Source: Myxococcota bacterium (GTDB lineage: Bacteria > Myxococcota_A > UBA796 > SXON01). Taken from it: a DNA stretch of 64,000 nucleotides. Below the pieces are notes generated by a model. The model was not told the DNA's origin. It saw only the letters and a program-made list of their open reading frames with translations, and ran no database searches. Positions 46,148 through 56,433 of the stretch are shown in pieces; positions within the stretch are counted from its first letter, which is position 1; each line of letters starts with the position of its first letter. A program made the position numbers and the translations under genes. The DNA is taken from assembly GCA_040386535.1 (NCBI GenBank), contig JAZKFH010000005.1, forward strand, positions 222,298 to 286,297. The letters run 5' to 3'.

Positions 46148-47227
46148 ATGTCCCTCCCCGCCGCGGTCCCCGAGGCCCTCGCAGACGTGCTCGCCGCCTC
46201 GCCGCCCCGCAGCGGCGCGCGCGTGCGCATCGCCGTCCCCGACGGCACCCGCCCCCTCGACGTCGAGGTGGCGCTCGCGGCGCTCCGCCCGTGGCTCTCG
46301 GGCGACGTGCGCGCCGTGGTCGGCCTGGGCCTGCACCGCCCGATGCGCGCGGACGAGCTGCCCCGGAGCCCCTTCCCGCTGCTGCAACACGACCCCGACG
46401 ACACCGTCCCCACCGCGATCGTGGACGGGATCCCCGGCGGCATCGCGCGCGCCGTCGCGGACGCGGACGTGCTCCTCGGGGTCGGCATCGTCGAGCTGCA
46501 CCAGTACGCCGGCTTCTCGGGCGGCCACAAGGCCGTGGCGGTGGGCCTCGGCGCGCGCGCCACGCTCGACGCGCTGCACCACCGCGACCGCGTGACCGCC
46601 CCGGGCGTGCGCCTCGGCCGGCTGGATGGGAACCCCTTCCGCGCCGCCGTGGACGCGCTCGGCGAGGCCGCCGGATGTCGCTGGGTGCTGCTCCAGGCGG
46701 GCGGGCGCTGGTTCGCCGGCGAGCCCCGGGCCACCCTCGCGGCCGCCGCCGCCTCGCTCGCGTGCTGGGAGGACGTTCCCCGGCGGCATCCCGCCGCGAT
46801 CCTGCGCGTGCCCCCGAGGAAGGCCGCCAACTTCTACCAGGCGAGCCGCGCCGCCACGTACCTCGGGCTCTCCGACGATCCGCCGCTGGTCCCGGGAGCC
46901 ACGCTCTACCTCGAGGCCGCCTGCCCCGAAGGCATGGGCGAGGGCGACGGCGAGCGGGCCTTCGCGGCGGTGTTGGCGGCGGGGCGGGCCCCGTGGGGCG
47001 CACTGCTCGACGGCGCCGCGCCCGTGGGCGCCGGCACCCAGCGCGCCGTGATGATCGCCGCGACGTTGCGGCGCCATCCGCTCGTCGTGACCGGCGTGCG
47101 CGATCCGGCGCCCCTCCGCGCGTGCGGCATCGACGCCACCTCGGCCCCCGCGAGCGCGCTCGCGCCGCGCGACGCCCTGGTCGTGACCGATCCGTTCGCG
47201 CGGATCCCGCGCTACCGGGGCCCCTGA
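46148..47227 (+). CDS. LarA-like (DUF2088) racemase/epimerase homolog
   Basis: VPDGTRP, GLGLHRP, QHDPDD, HQYAGFSGGHKAV, NFYQASRA, AACPEGMG. Confidence 0.8.
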   Translation: MSLPAAVPEALADVLAASPPRSGARVRIAVPDGTRPLDVEVALAALRPWLSGDVRAVVGLGLHRPMRADELPRSPFPLLQHDPDDTVPTAIVDGIPGGIARAVADADVLLGVGIVELHQYAGFSGGHKAVAVGLGARATLDALHHRDRVTAPGVRLGRLDGNPFRAAVDALGEAAGCRWVLLQAGGRWFAGEPRATLAAAAASLACWEDVPRRHPAAILRVPPRKAANFYQASRAATYLGLSDDPPLVPGATLYLEAACPEGMGEGDGERAFAAVLAAGRAPWGALLDGAAPVGAGTQRAVMIAATLRRHPLVVTGVRDPAPLRACGIDATSAPASALAPRDALVVTDPFARIPRYRGP

Positions 47228-47229
47228 CC

Positions 47230-47814
47230 CTACCGGGGCCCCTGGACGTCGGAGGGGCACAACGAGGGCGGCACCTTGTCGTCGGGATGCGCGCGCACCA
47301 CGAACGTGTGGGCACACAGGCGGCACCGATACCGGATGACCACCTCGGGGCGGCGCTCGAAGGCGATCGGGTCGAGCACGCCGCCGCAGGTTGCCGCGCG
47401 ATCGCCCGGCACCACGTCCACGTGCCGGCCGCGGAGGCAGATCGGGCAGTGATCCCGCACGGGCGCGCCGCCCGGCGCCACCGCCGCGCCACAGTGAGCG
47501 CAGGTGAAGCCCTCGTCGCGGTGGATCGGGTTCTTGCGCACCTGCGCGGCGTCCGCGCGGGCGAGCAGGGCCCGCACGAGGCGCTTCGCGGAGGCGTCGG
47601 GCTCGACGTCGAGGCCCCGGGACGTCGCGAGCGCGAACAGCTCGGCGCGCAGCGCGTCGTCCCGCTCGACCTCGGCGGCGAAGTCCTTGATCTCCCCTCG
47701 GGTGGCCAGCGAGGCCAACCTGGATGCCGGTGTGGGCAGCGGCGGCGGTGCGGGGGGCGTTGCGGGGGGGCTTGCCCCCCTGCCCCAGGAGGAACCCGGA
47801 CGCCGCTCCTTCAC
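47230..47814 (-). CDS. RNHCP domain (Zn-binding) protein
   Basis: FTCAHCG...RDHCPICLRGRHVDVVPGDRAATCGG...YRCRLC. GTGA overlap with the upstream gene. Confidence 0.85.
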   Translation of the reverse strand: MKERRPGSSWGRGASPPATPPAPPPLPTPASRLASLATRGEIKDFAAEVERDDALRAELFALATSRGLDVEPDASAKRLVRALLARADAAQVRKNPIHRDEGFTCAHCGAAVAPGGAPVRDHCPICLRGRHVDVVPGDRAATCGGVLDPIAFERRPEVVIRYRCRLCAHTFVVRAHPDDKVPPSLCPSDVQGPR

Positions 47815-49340
47815 GCCGCCGCCGCCTCGAGTGGAGGTGCGACCGCGGCCTTCCGGGCGTCCACGGCGTACCATACCGCCATCACGACGCCGTAGATCGC
47901 CAGCCCCCACGCCAACCAGCCGACGAGGAACACGCGGTGGCCGGCGTACGCGGTCTCCGCCCAGTTGCAGAACACCTCGAGGCCGAGGAGCCACGCGAGC
48001 CCGAAGATGTGTTTGGGCTTCCGCAGATCGGAGGCGTGGAGCACGATGAGCGTGATGCGCGCGACGTAGTAGTAGTAGCTCGCGGTGGTGAGCAGGAAGA
48101 ACGGGAGGAATCCGAAGGCGAAGGCCTCGTCGTCCCGCGAGCGGCGCAGGCCCCAGCCGAGCGTGAGCAGCATGACCGCGGCGATGCCGTAGCGGAGCGG
48201 CTTCTGGTCCTCGATCACGTCCTTTGTGGCCTTGGCGATGTTCTTTGGGAGCAAATCCCCGCGGTACGGCAGCGCCAGGGCGAGCCCGATGCGGCGGGAG
48301 GAGAGCTGCTCGGAGCGATTGTGGTCCTCCATGTTCTCGAAGTGCACGCGCGCGGGCTCGAGGCCGAGCGTGAGGATGGCGGCGCCCTGGAGCACCGCCG
48401 CGCCGACGAGGAAGCCGCCGAGCATCACGAGCAGGGGCTTGTGCACCTTGCGCTCGAACAACCCCGCGAAGCCCTTGGCGCCAGGCCCGTACATCCACAT
48501 CGCCGGGAAGAGGCGGAGGGTGCCGGACCACGCGGTCATCACGCCCGCCCAGAACGGGTGGCCCTTGCGGAGGAGCGCCATCGCGAACAGCAGCGCCGCG
48601 ATGTAGTCATAGCGGAGGAACGCCCAGGAATACGTGGGCCACCGCCCCGAGTAGGTCACGAACAGGAAGAACGCGCCCCAGAGCGCGGTGCTCCCGCCGT
48701 ACGCCCACCCCACGGCGCCCAGGCCCGCTACGAGCAGCACGACATCGATCTGACAGAGGAGCTTGATCCACTCCACCGGCACCACCGACGCGATCGGCTT
48801 GGCGATCATCGTCCAGACGGTCGTGCCGTTGAAGCCGTGGTCCTGGAGGAGCTGGCGCCAGAGCTCGTCGTTGAGGCCCTTGATGTTCCGCTGGACGTAG
48901 AGCGCGTCCTTGCTGAAGCTCGCCCACGACTCCGCCGTGAACTTCTCGCGCCGGACGACCGTGCCCCGCGCGACCGCGTGGTCGATCGAGCGCATGGCGT
49001 GCCCCGAGGGGTCCTGCGCCATGTACTTGCTGCCCTCGTCGTAGTAGGGCCCGTTCGCCTCGTGATCGGCGAGGACCAACGCCGGGTACAGGTCGTAGTA
49101 GCCCAGCTCGTCGAAGTACTTCGCGTTCACGTAGTAGTGGAGCAGATCGTAGGTGTCGACCTTCTGGAAGGGCACCGCGGGGCCCCACCGCGAGTAGTTC
49201 AGGCCCGACACGACGGTGAGCGCGAGGAGCAGGCCCCACGCGGCGCGGAGCGGCAGGAACCGCCACGCCACCGCCAGCGACACGCCCGCGAGCGCGATCC
49301 AGACCTTGTAGCCCTCGGTGATCTCGCGAGTGACGTCCAT
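47811..49340 (-). CDS. Multi-pass membrane protein, GT-C-like
   Basis: Loop [29 protein letters not shown] and many TM helices. Confidence 0.6.
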   Translation of the reverse strand: MDVTREITEGYKVWIALAGVSLAVAWRFLPLRAAWGLLLALTVVSGLNYSRWGPAVPFQKVDTYDLLHYYVNAKYFDELGYYDLYPALVLADHEANGPYYDEGSKYMAQDPSGHAMRSIDHAVARGTVVRREKFTAESWASFSKDALYVQRNIKGLNDELWRQLLQDHGFNGTTVWTMIAKPIASVVPVEWIKLLCQIDVVLLVAGLGAVGWAYGGSTALWGAFFLFVTYSGRWPTYSWAFLRYDYIAALLFAMALLRKGHPFWAGVMTAWSGTLRLFPAMWMYGPGAKGFAGLFERKVHKPLLVMLGGFLVGAAVLQGAAILTLGLEPARVHFENMEDHNRSEQLSSRRIGLALALPYRGDLLPKNIAKATKDVIEDQKPLRYGIAAVMLLTLGWGLRRSRDDEAFAFGFLPFFLLTTASYYYYVARITLIVLHASDLRKPKHIFGLAWLLGLEVFCNWAETAYAGHRVFLVGWLAWGLAIYGVVMAVWYAVDARKAAVAPPLEAAAA

Positions 49341-50819
49341 CTATTTTCCGGTGACCGGCGACTCGACGGCCGATTGCGCGAGGGAGACGGCCGCGTCGAG
49401 CGGACGGACGGGGGCGAGGGCCTCCCGCAGGCCGGCGAGGCCCGTCCACGCGAAGCCTCCGCCGAAGAGCAGGAGGAACGGGACGCTCCCCCAATCGCCC
49501 GCACGGACCGCCCACGCGGCGGTGCCGAGATGCAGGGCGGCGAGGAGGAGCTCGAAGGGGACGGCCGCTGTCGCCGAGATCTTGTAGCTGCCGGGGCCGC
49601 CGCCGCTCTTGGGCGTGCGTACGAACCCCGTGCGGTGGCCGGCGAGCGCCTCGAACACGGCGAAGGTCTGGTTGACCGCCATGCCGATGCCGAGGAAGGT
49701 CGCCGCGGGGAGCGCCGCGAGGCGCCGGGGGGCGGCGACCGCGTAGAAGAGCAGGTTGCTCCCGGTGGAGAGGAGGAACAGCGGCAGGTAGACCCAGGCG
49801 TTGCCCGACACGTCCCCCCGGAGCAGCACGAGCGGCGGAAACACCAGGGCCAGCGCCAGCGCGACCGGCCACGCGAGGTTCGCCCAGAGGTGCAGGAGCG
49901 CCTCGACCCGCGTGGCGACCGGCACCCCGGCGTTCAGGATGCGCCCGGTGAGCTTGCGGGCGACCTCGACCGAGCCCTTCGCCCAGCGCCGCTGCTGCGT
50001 ACGGAACGCGGCGAGGGACTCGGGGATCTCGGCGGGGACGGCGTGCTCGAGCAGGTACACGAAGCGCCACCCGGCGAGCTGCGCGCGGTAGGAGAGGTCC
50101 AGATCCTCGGTGAGCGTGTCGTGCTGCCACCCGCCCGCGGCGTCGATGCAGCTGCGGCGCCAGATGCCGGCGGTGCCGTTGAAGTTGAACCAGCGGCCCG
50201 ACCGGTCACGGGCGGTGTGCTCGATGACGAAGTGCCCGTCGAGCAGGGTGGCCTGCGCGGCGGTGAGCGCCGACACATCCGCGTTGAGATGATCCCAGCG
50301 CGCCTGGACCATCCCCACGCCCGGGTCGGCGAAGGGGGGCACCACGCGCCGGAGGAAGTCGGGGGCCGGGACGAAGTCCGCGTCGAAGATGGCGACGAGC
50401 TCGCCCCGCGCGCTCCGAAGGCCCGCGGCGAGCGCGCCGGCCTTGAAGCCGGTGCGGTTGCTGCGGTGAAGGCAGACCGCGTCGATCCCGCGCGCGCGGG
50501 CCCTCGCCAACGCGTCCGCGGCGCGGAGGGCCGTGTCGTCCGTGGAGTCGTCGAGGAGCTGGATCTGGAGGCGATCGGGGGGCCAGTCGAGCGCGGCGAC
50601 GGCGTCGACGAGGCGCGCCACGACGTCCCGCTCGTCGTAGACGGGGAGCTGCACGGTGACCATCGGGACGGTCGACGGGAGCACCGACGGCAGCGCGGGT
50701 GCCAACGATCCGCGCTCGCGACGGGCGAGGTACAGGCCGAGCAGCACGAGGCGATGGACCCCGTGAACAGCGCACAGGCCCATCAGCGTGAGGTACAGCG
50801 CGAGGAAGGCCGACGGCAT
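49341..50819 (-). CDS. Processive GT2 glycosyltransferase (cellulose-synthase-like/CslA type)
   Basis: [39 protein letters not shown] and QQRRW (QxxRW). Confidence 0.93.
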   Translation of the reverse strand: MPSAFLALYLTLMGLCAVHGVHRLVLLGLYLARRERGSLAPALPSVLPSTVPMVTVQLPVYDERDVVARLVDAVAALDWPPDRLQIQLLDDSTDDTALRAADALARARARGIDAVCLHRSNRTGFKAGALAAGLRSARGELVAIFDADFVPAPDFLRRVVPPFADPGVGMVQARWDHLNADVSALTAAQATLLDGHFVIEHTARDRSGRWFNFNGTAGIWRRSCIDAAGGWQHDTLTEDLDLSYRAQLAGWRFVYLLEHAVPAEIPESLAAFRTQQRRWAKGSVEVARKLTGRILNAGVPVATRVEALLHLWANLAWPVALALALVFPPLVLLRGDVSGNAWVYLPLFLLSTGSNLLFYAVAAPRRLAALPAATFLGIGMAVNQTFAVFEALAGHRTGFVRTPKSGGGPGSYKISATAAVPFELLLAALHLGTAAWAVRAGDWGSVPFLLLFGGGFAWTGLAGLREALAPVRPLDAAVSLAQSAVESPVTGK

Positions 50820-51012
50820 GCCGACCGCCCATTTACGCGGCGCGACCGGCGGCGCAACGACGCGAGGGCGATCCGGGTGGTAGACCACCGTGGCGGTGGC
50901 GATGATTGCGCCGCCCGCGATCCGCCCCCCGCGCGGCTCGGAAACCGGGTCATGATAGGCCACCCCCCGCGAGGGTGGCTGCAACGCGTCAGCTCGAGAT
51001 GAACGTCACCGC

Positions 51013-51963
51013 ATGAACGACCGCCGCGATCCGCACCCCGCCGCCGCCCCAGGGGGTCCGATCCGACGGGACTCCCCGGTGGATCCCGCCACGTTCGTGC
51101 TGCGCATGGTCTGCTATTACGACGTATTTCGCCATCCGTTGACCGAGGCGGAGCTGGGGCGGCTCGTCGGATTCGATCCCGGCGCCGCGGTCGACCGGCT
51201 CGTGGCGGAGGGCCGGGTCGAGCGGGCGTTCGGGCACGTGTGCGCGGTGGGCCGGGCGAGCCAGGTCGAGCGGCGCGTGGCGCGGACCGTGGCGGCGGAG
51301 CGGCGCTGGCCCGCGGCCCGGCGGGCAGGGCGGCTGCTCGCGATGTTCCCCTGGGTGCGCGCCGTGCTCATCACCGGGGGGCTCTCCAAGCAGAGCGCCG
51401 ATGCCGACGGAGACGTGGACTTCCTGCTCCTCATCGAGCCCGGCAGCGTGTGGACGGCGAAATCGGCGCTCCAGGCGTTCCGCCGCGCGCTCCCCGAGGG
51501 GATCCGCGAGAACTTCTGCACGAACTACCTGCTCGCCACCGATCGGCTCGCGCTCGATGAGCGCAACATGTTCACCGCGATGGAGCTCGCGACCGCAGTG
51601 CCCGTACACGGGGCCGCGTGGTGTGTGGCGCTGCTCGACGCGAACCGCGAGTGGGCGGCCGACCACGTGCCCGGCTTCGAGTGGAGCCGCGAGCGCGCGA
51701 GCCACGCCCCGACCCACCCGCCCTTCGCGCCGACCCGCCTGATCGAGGGCGTGACCCGTCCGGTCGCGCACACGCTCGACCGCGCCTCCTTCTCCGTGTG
51801 GGACGGCTACTGGAACCGCAAGTACAGCTGGCTCCCCGAGGGCACCCGGAGCCAGCGGTTCAAGCGCCGCCCCGAGGTCGCCACCAACCACCTGCACGAC
51901 TTCCAGGCCTATGTGCTGGCCGAGTACGTGCGCCGCTGCGTCGCGTCGGGCGTCACCCCTTGA
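51013..51963 (+). CDS. Pol-beta-type nucleotidyltransferase-like protein with N-terminal winged-helix-like region
   Basis: ITGGLSKQSADADGDVDFLLL (G[GS]...DxD), FCTNY, ERNMFTAMELAT. Confidence 0.7.
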   Translation: MNDRRDPHPAAAPGGPIRRDSPVDPATFVLRMVCYYDVFRHPLTEAELGRLVGFDPGAAVDRLVAEGRVERAFGHVCAVGRASQVERRVARTVAAERRWPAARRAGRLLAMFPWVRAVLITGGLSKQSADADGDVDFLLLIEPGSVWTAKSALQAFRRALPEGIRENFCTNYLLATDRLALDERNMFTAMELATAVPVHGAAWCVALLDANREWAADHVPGFEWSRERASHAPTHPPFAPTRLIEGVTRPVAHTLDRASFSVWDGYWNRKYSWLPEGTRSQRFKRRPEVATNHLHDFQAYVLAEYVRRCVASGVTP

Positions 51964-53087
51964 GCCGCCTCCGCGTGGCGATGCTCGGGCTGCGCGCCCC
52001 CTGGGGCACGGAGGGGGGGGTGGAGCAGGCCGTCGGCGAGCTGGCCCCGCGCCTCGCCGCCACCGGCGTCGACGTGACCGTGTACTGCCGCGGGCGCTAC
52101 AACCGGCACGGGAGCGGCGCCTACGCGGGCGTGCGGCTCGTCGACACGCCGACCGTGTACCGGCGCAGCCTCGAAGCGTTCGTGCACACCGGCCTCGCGG
52201 CCCCGCGCGCCGCCTTCTCCGCCGACGTGGTGCACCTCCACGCGTGCGGCCCCGCCTTGTTCTCCGGGGTGCCGGCGCTGATGCGGCGGCCCGTGGTCGT
52301 CACGTTGCACGGCAAGGACTGGGAGCGCGACAAGTGGGGCCCCGCGGCCCGGATCTTCCTCCGGTCCGGCGCCTGGATGGCGGGGCACGCCTCGACCGAG
52401 ATCATCACGGTGTCGCGCGGGCTCCAGCTCTGGTGCGAGGAGAACTACCCCGCGCCGGTCACGCACATCCCCAACGGCGTGTCCCCGCACGAGGCCGTGC
52501 CCTGGAGCCCCGGGGTGTTCCCCGAGCTCACGCCCGGCGGCTACCACCTGTTCCTCGGGCGCCTCGTGCCGGAGAAGGAGATCGGCACGCTACTGCGCGC
52601 GGTGGCGCGCGCCGCGCCGAGGCTCCCGGTCGTGATCACCGGCGGCGGCAGCTACACCGACGAGTACGTGTCACAGCTGCATCGCGACGCGCCGCCGGGG
52701 GTGATCTTCACCGGGCCGCGCTTCGGCATGGAGAAGGCGATGCTGCTCACGCACGCGCGCTCCTTCCTGTTCCCGAGCCGCGTCGAGGGCCTGCCGATCG
52801 CGCTCCTCGAGGCGATGGCCGCGGGCCTGCCCACCCTGGCGAGCGACATCCCGCCGAACCTCGAAGTGCTCGGATCGATCGGGGGGTGGCGCCTTCCGGT
52901 CGGGGACGCCGACGCCTGGGGCGCGGCGCTCCACGCGGTCGAGGCGAGCACGACGGACCGTCTGAAGGCGATCGGCGCGGAGGGATGTGCGCGGGTCGAG
53001 ACGAACTTCGGGTGGGACGCGGTCGTGACGGCCACCCGGCGCGTGTACGAACGCGCGCGGTCGCGACGCGCCTCCGCCCGCGCGTGA
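51960..53087 (+). CDS. GT4 family glycosyltransferase
   Basis: GGVEQAV, IPNGV, FLGRLVPEK, PSRVEGLPIALLEAMA (EX7E). TTGA overlap. Confidence 0.93.
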   Translation: MSRLRVAMLGLRAPWGTEGGVEQAVGELAPRLAATGVDVTVYCRGRYNRHGSGAYAGVRLVDTPTVYRRSLEAFVHTGLAAPRAAFSADVVHLHACGPALFSGVPALMRRPVVVTLHGKDWERDKWGPAARIFLRSGAWMAGHASTEIITVSRGLQLWCEENYPAPVTHIPNGVSPHEAVPWSPGVFPELTPGGYHLFLGRLVPEKEIGTLLRAVARAAPRLPVVITGGGSYTDEYVSQLHRDAPPGVIFTGPRFGMEKAMLLTHARSFLFPSRVEGLPIALLEAMAAGLPTLASDIPPNLEVLGSIGGWRLPVGDADAWGAALHAVEASTTDRLKAIGAEGCARVETNFGWDAVVTATRRVYERARSRRASARA

Positions 53088-53100
53088 GGCCTGGCCCATC

Positions 53101-54141
53101 ATGACGCCAGCCGTACACGAGCGCCTCGGCCTGGCCCTGCTCGTGGGGTTCTTCGTGGCCCTGCCGCTCTCCGTCGCGGTGCAGGAGATCGCGCTCGGCG
53201 CCGCCCTCCTCTACGCCGCGACACGCCCGACTCGCGCGCGTCTGGGGGAGGAGCCGTGGGGCCGCGCGGCGCTCGCGGCGGCCGTGGTCTGGGTGCTGCT
53301 CGTGGGTGCGAGCGGGAACCTGCGCGAGGGGCTGGGCCACGCGTGGGTCCTGGCGCCGCTGCTCGTCGTGCCCGCGCTCGTCCGCGCCGAGGATCGCGCC
53401 CGGATCGAACGATTCGGGCTCGCCGCCGCCGTGGCCGCGGCGGTGTGGGCCATCGGGCAGCGGGTGGCCGGCGCGGTCGGGACCGCGGGCCTCTCCCATC
53501 ACCTCAGCCTCGCCTACGCGTTGCTCCCCGCGCTCGGCGTGGCGCTGGTGTCGCGACGGTGGGCCCACGCCGCGCTCCTCGCGGGCGGCATCGTCGCCAC
53601 GGGGAGCGAGGGGGCGCTGGTGTCCCTGGTGGTCACCGTTGTCGCGACGCAGACACGGCGGCCCGGCGCTGCGCTCCTGGCCGGTGCCGTCGCTACCATC
53701 GTGCTGCTCGGGGCCGCCGACCCGGAGGAGCTGCGCCAGCGCGCCGTCCTGTGGACCGGGGGGCTCACCGTGGCGGCCGCCGGCGCGACGGGGCCGGGGG
53801 GCTACGCGTTGGCGTCCGCGCCCGTGTACGACGTGATTGCGCCGGGCTTCTGGTTCCCCAACCACGCCCACGACAGCGGCATCCAGCTGCTCGCCGTGCT
53901 CGGCCCCGCCGGGCTCGTCGCGACGCTGGGCCTCGCCCTGCTCGCGCTGCGACACGGCGCGCTCGGCCCCGCCGCCGGGCTCGCCGGGGTCCTGGTGGGC
54001 GCGCTCACGCAGGACGTGCTCGGCGATCTGGAGGTGTCCCGCGCGGCGTGGGCGTGGCTTGCGCTCTACGGGGGCCAATCCCTGGTGCGCGAGCAGGGGG
54101 AGCGCGAGAAAGGGGAACCCGCGCCGCCCGACGGATACTGA
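53101..54141 (+). CDS. O-antigen ligase/Wzy-like membrane protein
   Basis: Multiple TM helices, R..LW, G.GPG and HAHDSGIQLLAVLG (HAH motif). Confidence 0.7.
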   Translation: MTPAVHERLGLALLVGFFVALPLSVAVQEIALGAALLYAATRPTRARLGEEPWGRAALAAAVVWVLLVGASGNLREGLGHAWVLAPLLVVPALVRAEDRARIERFGLAAAVAAAVWAIGQRVAGAVGTAGLSHHLSLAYALLPALGVALVSRRWAHAALLAGGIVATGSEGALVSLVVTVVATQTRRPGAALLAGAVATIVLLGAADPEELRQRAVLWTGGLTVAAAGATGPGGYALASAPVYDVIAPGFWFPNHAHDSGIQLLAVLGPAGLVATLGLALLALRHGALGPAAGLAGVLVGALTQDVLGDLEVSRAAWAWLALYGGQSLVREQGEREKGEPAPPDGY

Positions 54142-54147
54142 GACGGG

Positions 54148-55176
54148 ATGTTGCTGCTCCTCGGCCTCGCGCTCGCCGCCGATCCCGTCCCCTCCCCCGC
54201 GCCGCTGGACGCGCCCGCGGCCGCCCCGCTCGATCCGTCGGCGCCCACCGAGGCCCCCGCCTTCGGCCGCACGGTGGACGAGTCCATCGTCGAGGCGATC
54301 ACGCTCCGCCAGCGCGGCGATGTCGACGGGGCGCGCGCCTTGCTCATCGCGCTCGAGACCCGGGTGCCCGCCGAGAGCCTGCCCACCTACCTCTACCAGC
54401 GCGGCCTGTGCGAGGAGCTCGACGGCGAGCCCGAGAAGGCCCGGGCGTTCTACGAGCAGGTGATCGCCCTCGCGGCGAGCGAGCCCGCGTCTGCCGACGG
54501 CGGCGTGGCGCTCGACGCCCACTTCCGCCGCGCGCTGGTGCTCGAAGAGCTCGGCCTGCACGACGCGGCCCTGCTGGAGGTGCTCGCGCTCGATCGTGTG
54601 CGCGGGCTCTCCGCGGAGGACGAGCTGACCGTGGCGCTCCAGCGCGGCATCTCCGAGCTGCTCACCGGCAAACGCGCGCGCGGGATCCGTCGCATCCAGA
54701 AGTCGCTCGCCGCCACCGAGGGCGCCACCACCCACGGCTACCTGCGCGCGAAGGCCCGCTACCACCTCGCGCGCGCCCTGCTCGAAGAGGCCGACGCCCT
54801 CTCGCTCGACGGGGCCGAGCGCCGCGTGGTCAAGCGCCTCGAAGGGCGCGCCCTGCGCATCAAGGCCGCGGAGCAGCAGATCATCGCGCTCGCCGCGCTC
54901 CAGGAGCCCGAGTGGGTGCTGGCGAGCCTCATCTCGCTCGGCGACAGCTACGGCCGCCTCGCGGCGGATCTCGGCGCGAGCCCGCCGCCGAAGCGCCTCG
55001 ACGACGCGCAGGCCACGATCTACCGGGCGGAGATCGCCAAGAAGGTGGAGAACGTGCGGACCAAGTCGTTCCACGCCTACGACTCGGGCGTGGCGCTCGC
55101 GACGCGCCTCGCGTGGGAGAGCGGCCGCGTCGCGACGCTGAAGGAGCGCCGCGACGGGTTCGCGGGCCAGCGCTGA
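54148..55176 (+). CDS. Secreted TPR-repeat protein
   Basis: Signal peptide; YLYQRGLCEELDGEPEKARAFYEQV and AHFRRALVLEELG. Confidence 0.7.
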   Translation: MLLLLGLALAADPVPSPAPLDAPAAAPLDPSAPTEAPAFGRTVDESIVEAITLRQRGDVDGARALLIALETRVPAESLPTYLYQRGLCEELDGEPEKARAFYEQVIALAASEPASADGGVALDAHFRRALVLEELGLHDAALLEVLALDRVRGLSAEDELTVALQRGISELLTGKRARGIRRIQKSLAATEGATTHGYLRAKARYHLARALLEEADALSLDGAERRVVKRLEGRALRIKAAEQQIIALAALQEPEWVLASLISLGDSYGRLAADLGASPPPKRLDDAQATIYRAEIAKKVENVRTKSFHAYDSGVALATRLAWESGRVATLKERRDGFAGQR

Positions 55177-55199
55177 CGGGTTGACCGCGTTGCGAGCGC

Positions 55200-56258
55200 T
55201 CAGTTCTCGAGCGCCCGCGCCGCCTCGACGCGGTGGCTGGGCACCATGACCTGGAGCCGGTCGCCGGTCACGAAGGGCTCCTCGGCCGCGAGCTCCGTGC
55301 GCCACGCCCCGTTGCGCGCGAGCGCCACGAAGGTGAGCCCGTGGTCCCGCGTCAACGTGACGGTGGTGCCGCCGGCGAGGCGCGGGCCGACGGCGAGCTC
55401 GACCACGAGGAGGAGCTTGCCGCCGACGCGGTGGGTGCCGACCACGTGCGCGTCGAGCGCGGCCGAGGCGAACAGCGGGGCCGCCACCATCGACGTGGAG
55501 AGGCTCACCTGGATGCCCATCGTCTGGCGCACCTTCTGCGCGAGCCGCTGGTCGAACAGGCGCACGATGATGGGCACGTCGGCACGGATTTCGCGCACGT
55601 CCATCGCGATCTCGAGGTTGGCCAGGTCGTCGTCGGTGACGATGATGACCGCGCGCGCGGTCGCGATGTTGAGCGAGCGCATGTAGTTCTCCGTGCGCGC
55701 GTCTCCCACGAGCACCTCGACCCCGAGCTCACGCGCGCGGGGGATGAACTCGCCGTCGCCGTTGCGCTCGATCACGAACACCTGCTCGCCGAGCGCCACG
55801 AGCTCCTCCACCACGCGGAACCCGACGGTGCCGAGCCCGCACACGACCACGTGACCGCGACTCTTGTCCGCCATGATGCGTATCCACTCCTCGGCGTTCT
55901 GCTGCTTGTTGAACACCGTGAACCCGAGCTTGAGGACCCCTTCCGCCACGAACACGATGCCGACGAGCGGCATCAGGTAGAGCACGGCCTGCGCCCACGG
56001 CACCGCGGGCAGCGGCGCCCCGATCTCGCCCATGAGCAGGCAGTAGGCGGTGAACATCGCCTCGTCCCACCGCGGCTGCGGGCCGCCGGGCGGGGCGCCC
56101 CAGAAGCGCTCGACCACCGTGCCGATGACGAACGCGATGAACAGGGCGCCGAGCGGCCGCACCAGCACCCGCATGGCCCGCGCGAAGAAGGCGACCTCGG
56201 CCCACCAGCCACGGAGGCGCCGTTCGAGGCGGCGGCGCTGCGCGGAGGGGGTGGGCAT
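55200..56258 (-). CDS. TrkA-N/RCK-domain potassium channel-like protein
   Basis: Two TM helices with a pore-like segment, then HVVVCGLGTVGFRV, LVGDAR and TDDDLANLEIA. Confidence 0.88.
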   Translation of the reverse strand: MPTPSAQRRRLERRLRGWWAEVAFFARAMRVLVRPLGALFIAFVIGTVVERFWGAPPGGPQPRWDEAMFTAYCLLMGEIGAPLPAVPWAQAVLYLMPLVGIVFVAEGVLKLGFTVFNKQQNAEEWIRIMADKSRGHVVVCGLGTVGFRVVEELVALGEQVFVIERNGDGEFIPRARELGVEVLVGDARTENYMRSLNIATARAVIIVTDDDLANLEIAMDVREIRADVPIIVRLFDQRLAQKVRQTMGIQVSLSTSMVAAPLFASAALDAHVVGTHRVGGKLLLVVELAVGPRLAGGTTVTLTRDHGLTFVALARNGAWRTELAAEEPFVTGDRLQVMVPSHRVEAARALEN

Positions 56259-56362
56259 GACGACGCGCGAAGGTAGCACGAGCACGCGCGCGAGGGACGC
56301 CCGGCGGCCCGACCCCGCCGCTCGGGGCGGGGGCGCGCCCTGGCTCCCGGCGACGCGCTCCC

Positions 56363-56397
56363 AAAACGAAGAAAGCCCCCGCCGAGGCGAGGGCTCT
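56363..56397 (-). terminator. Intrinsic terminator after ftsZ
   Basis: Minus strand AGAGCCCTCGCC-TC-GGCGGGGGCTTTCTTCGTTTT. Confidence 0.7.
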
Positions 56398-56433
56398 CCG
56401 TGGCCCCCTCCTTGGAGGAGGCGGCCCGAAGGA

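Noticed and set aside
47724..51002. 1092-aa plus-strand ORF
   Set aside because: Antisense shadow of the GT2 and GT-C genes.
52747..55305. 852-aa minus-strand ORF
   Set aside because: Antisense to the GT4, ligase-like and TPR genes.
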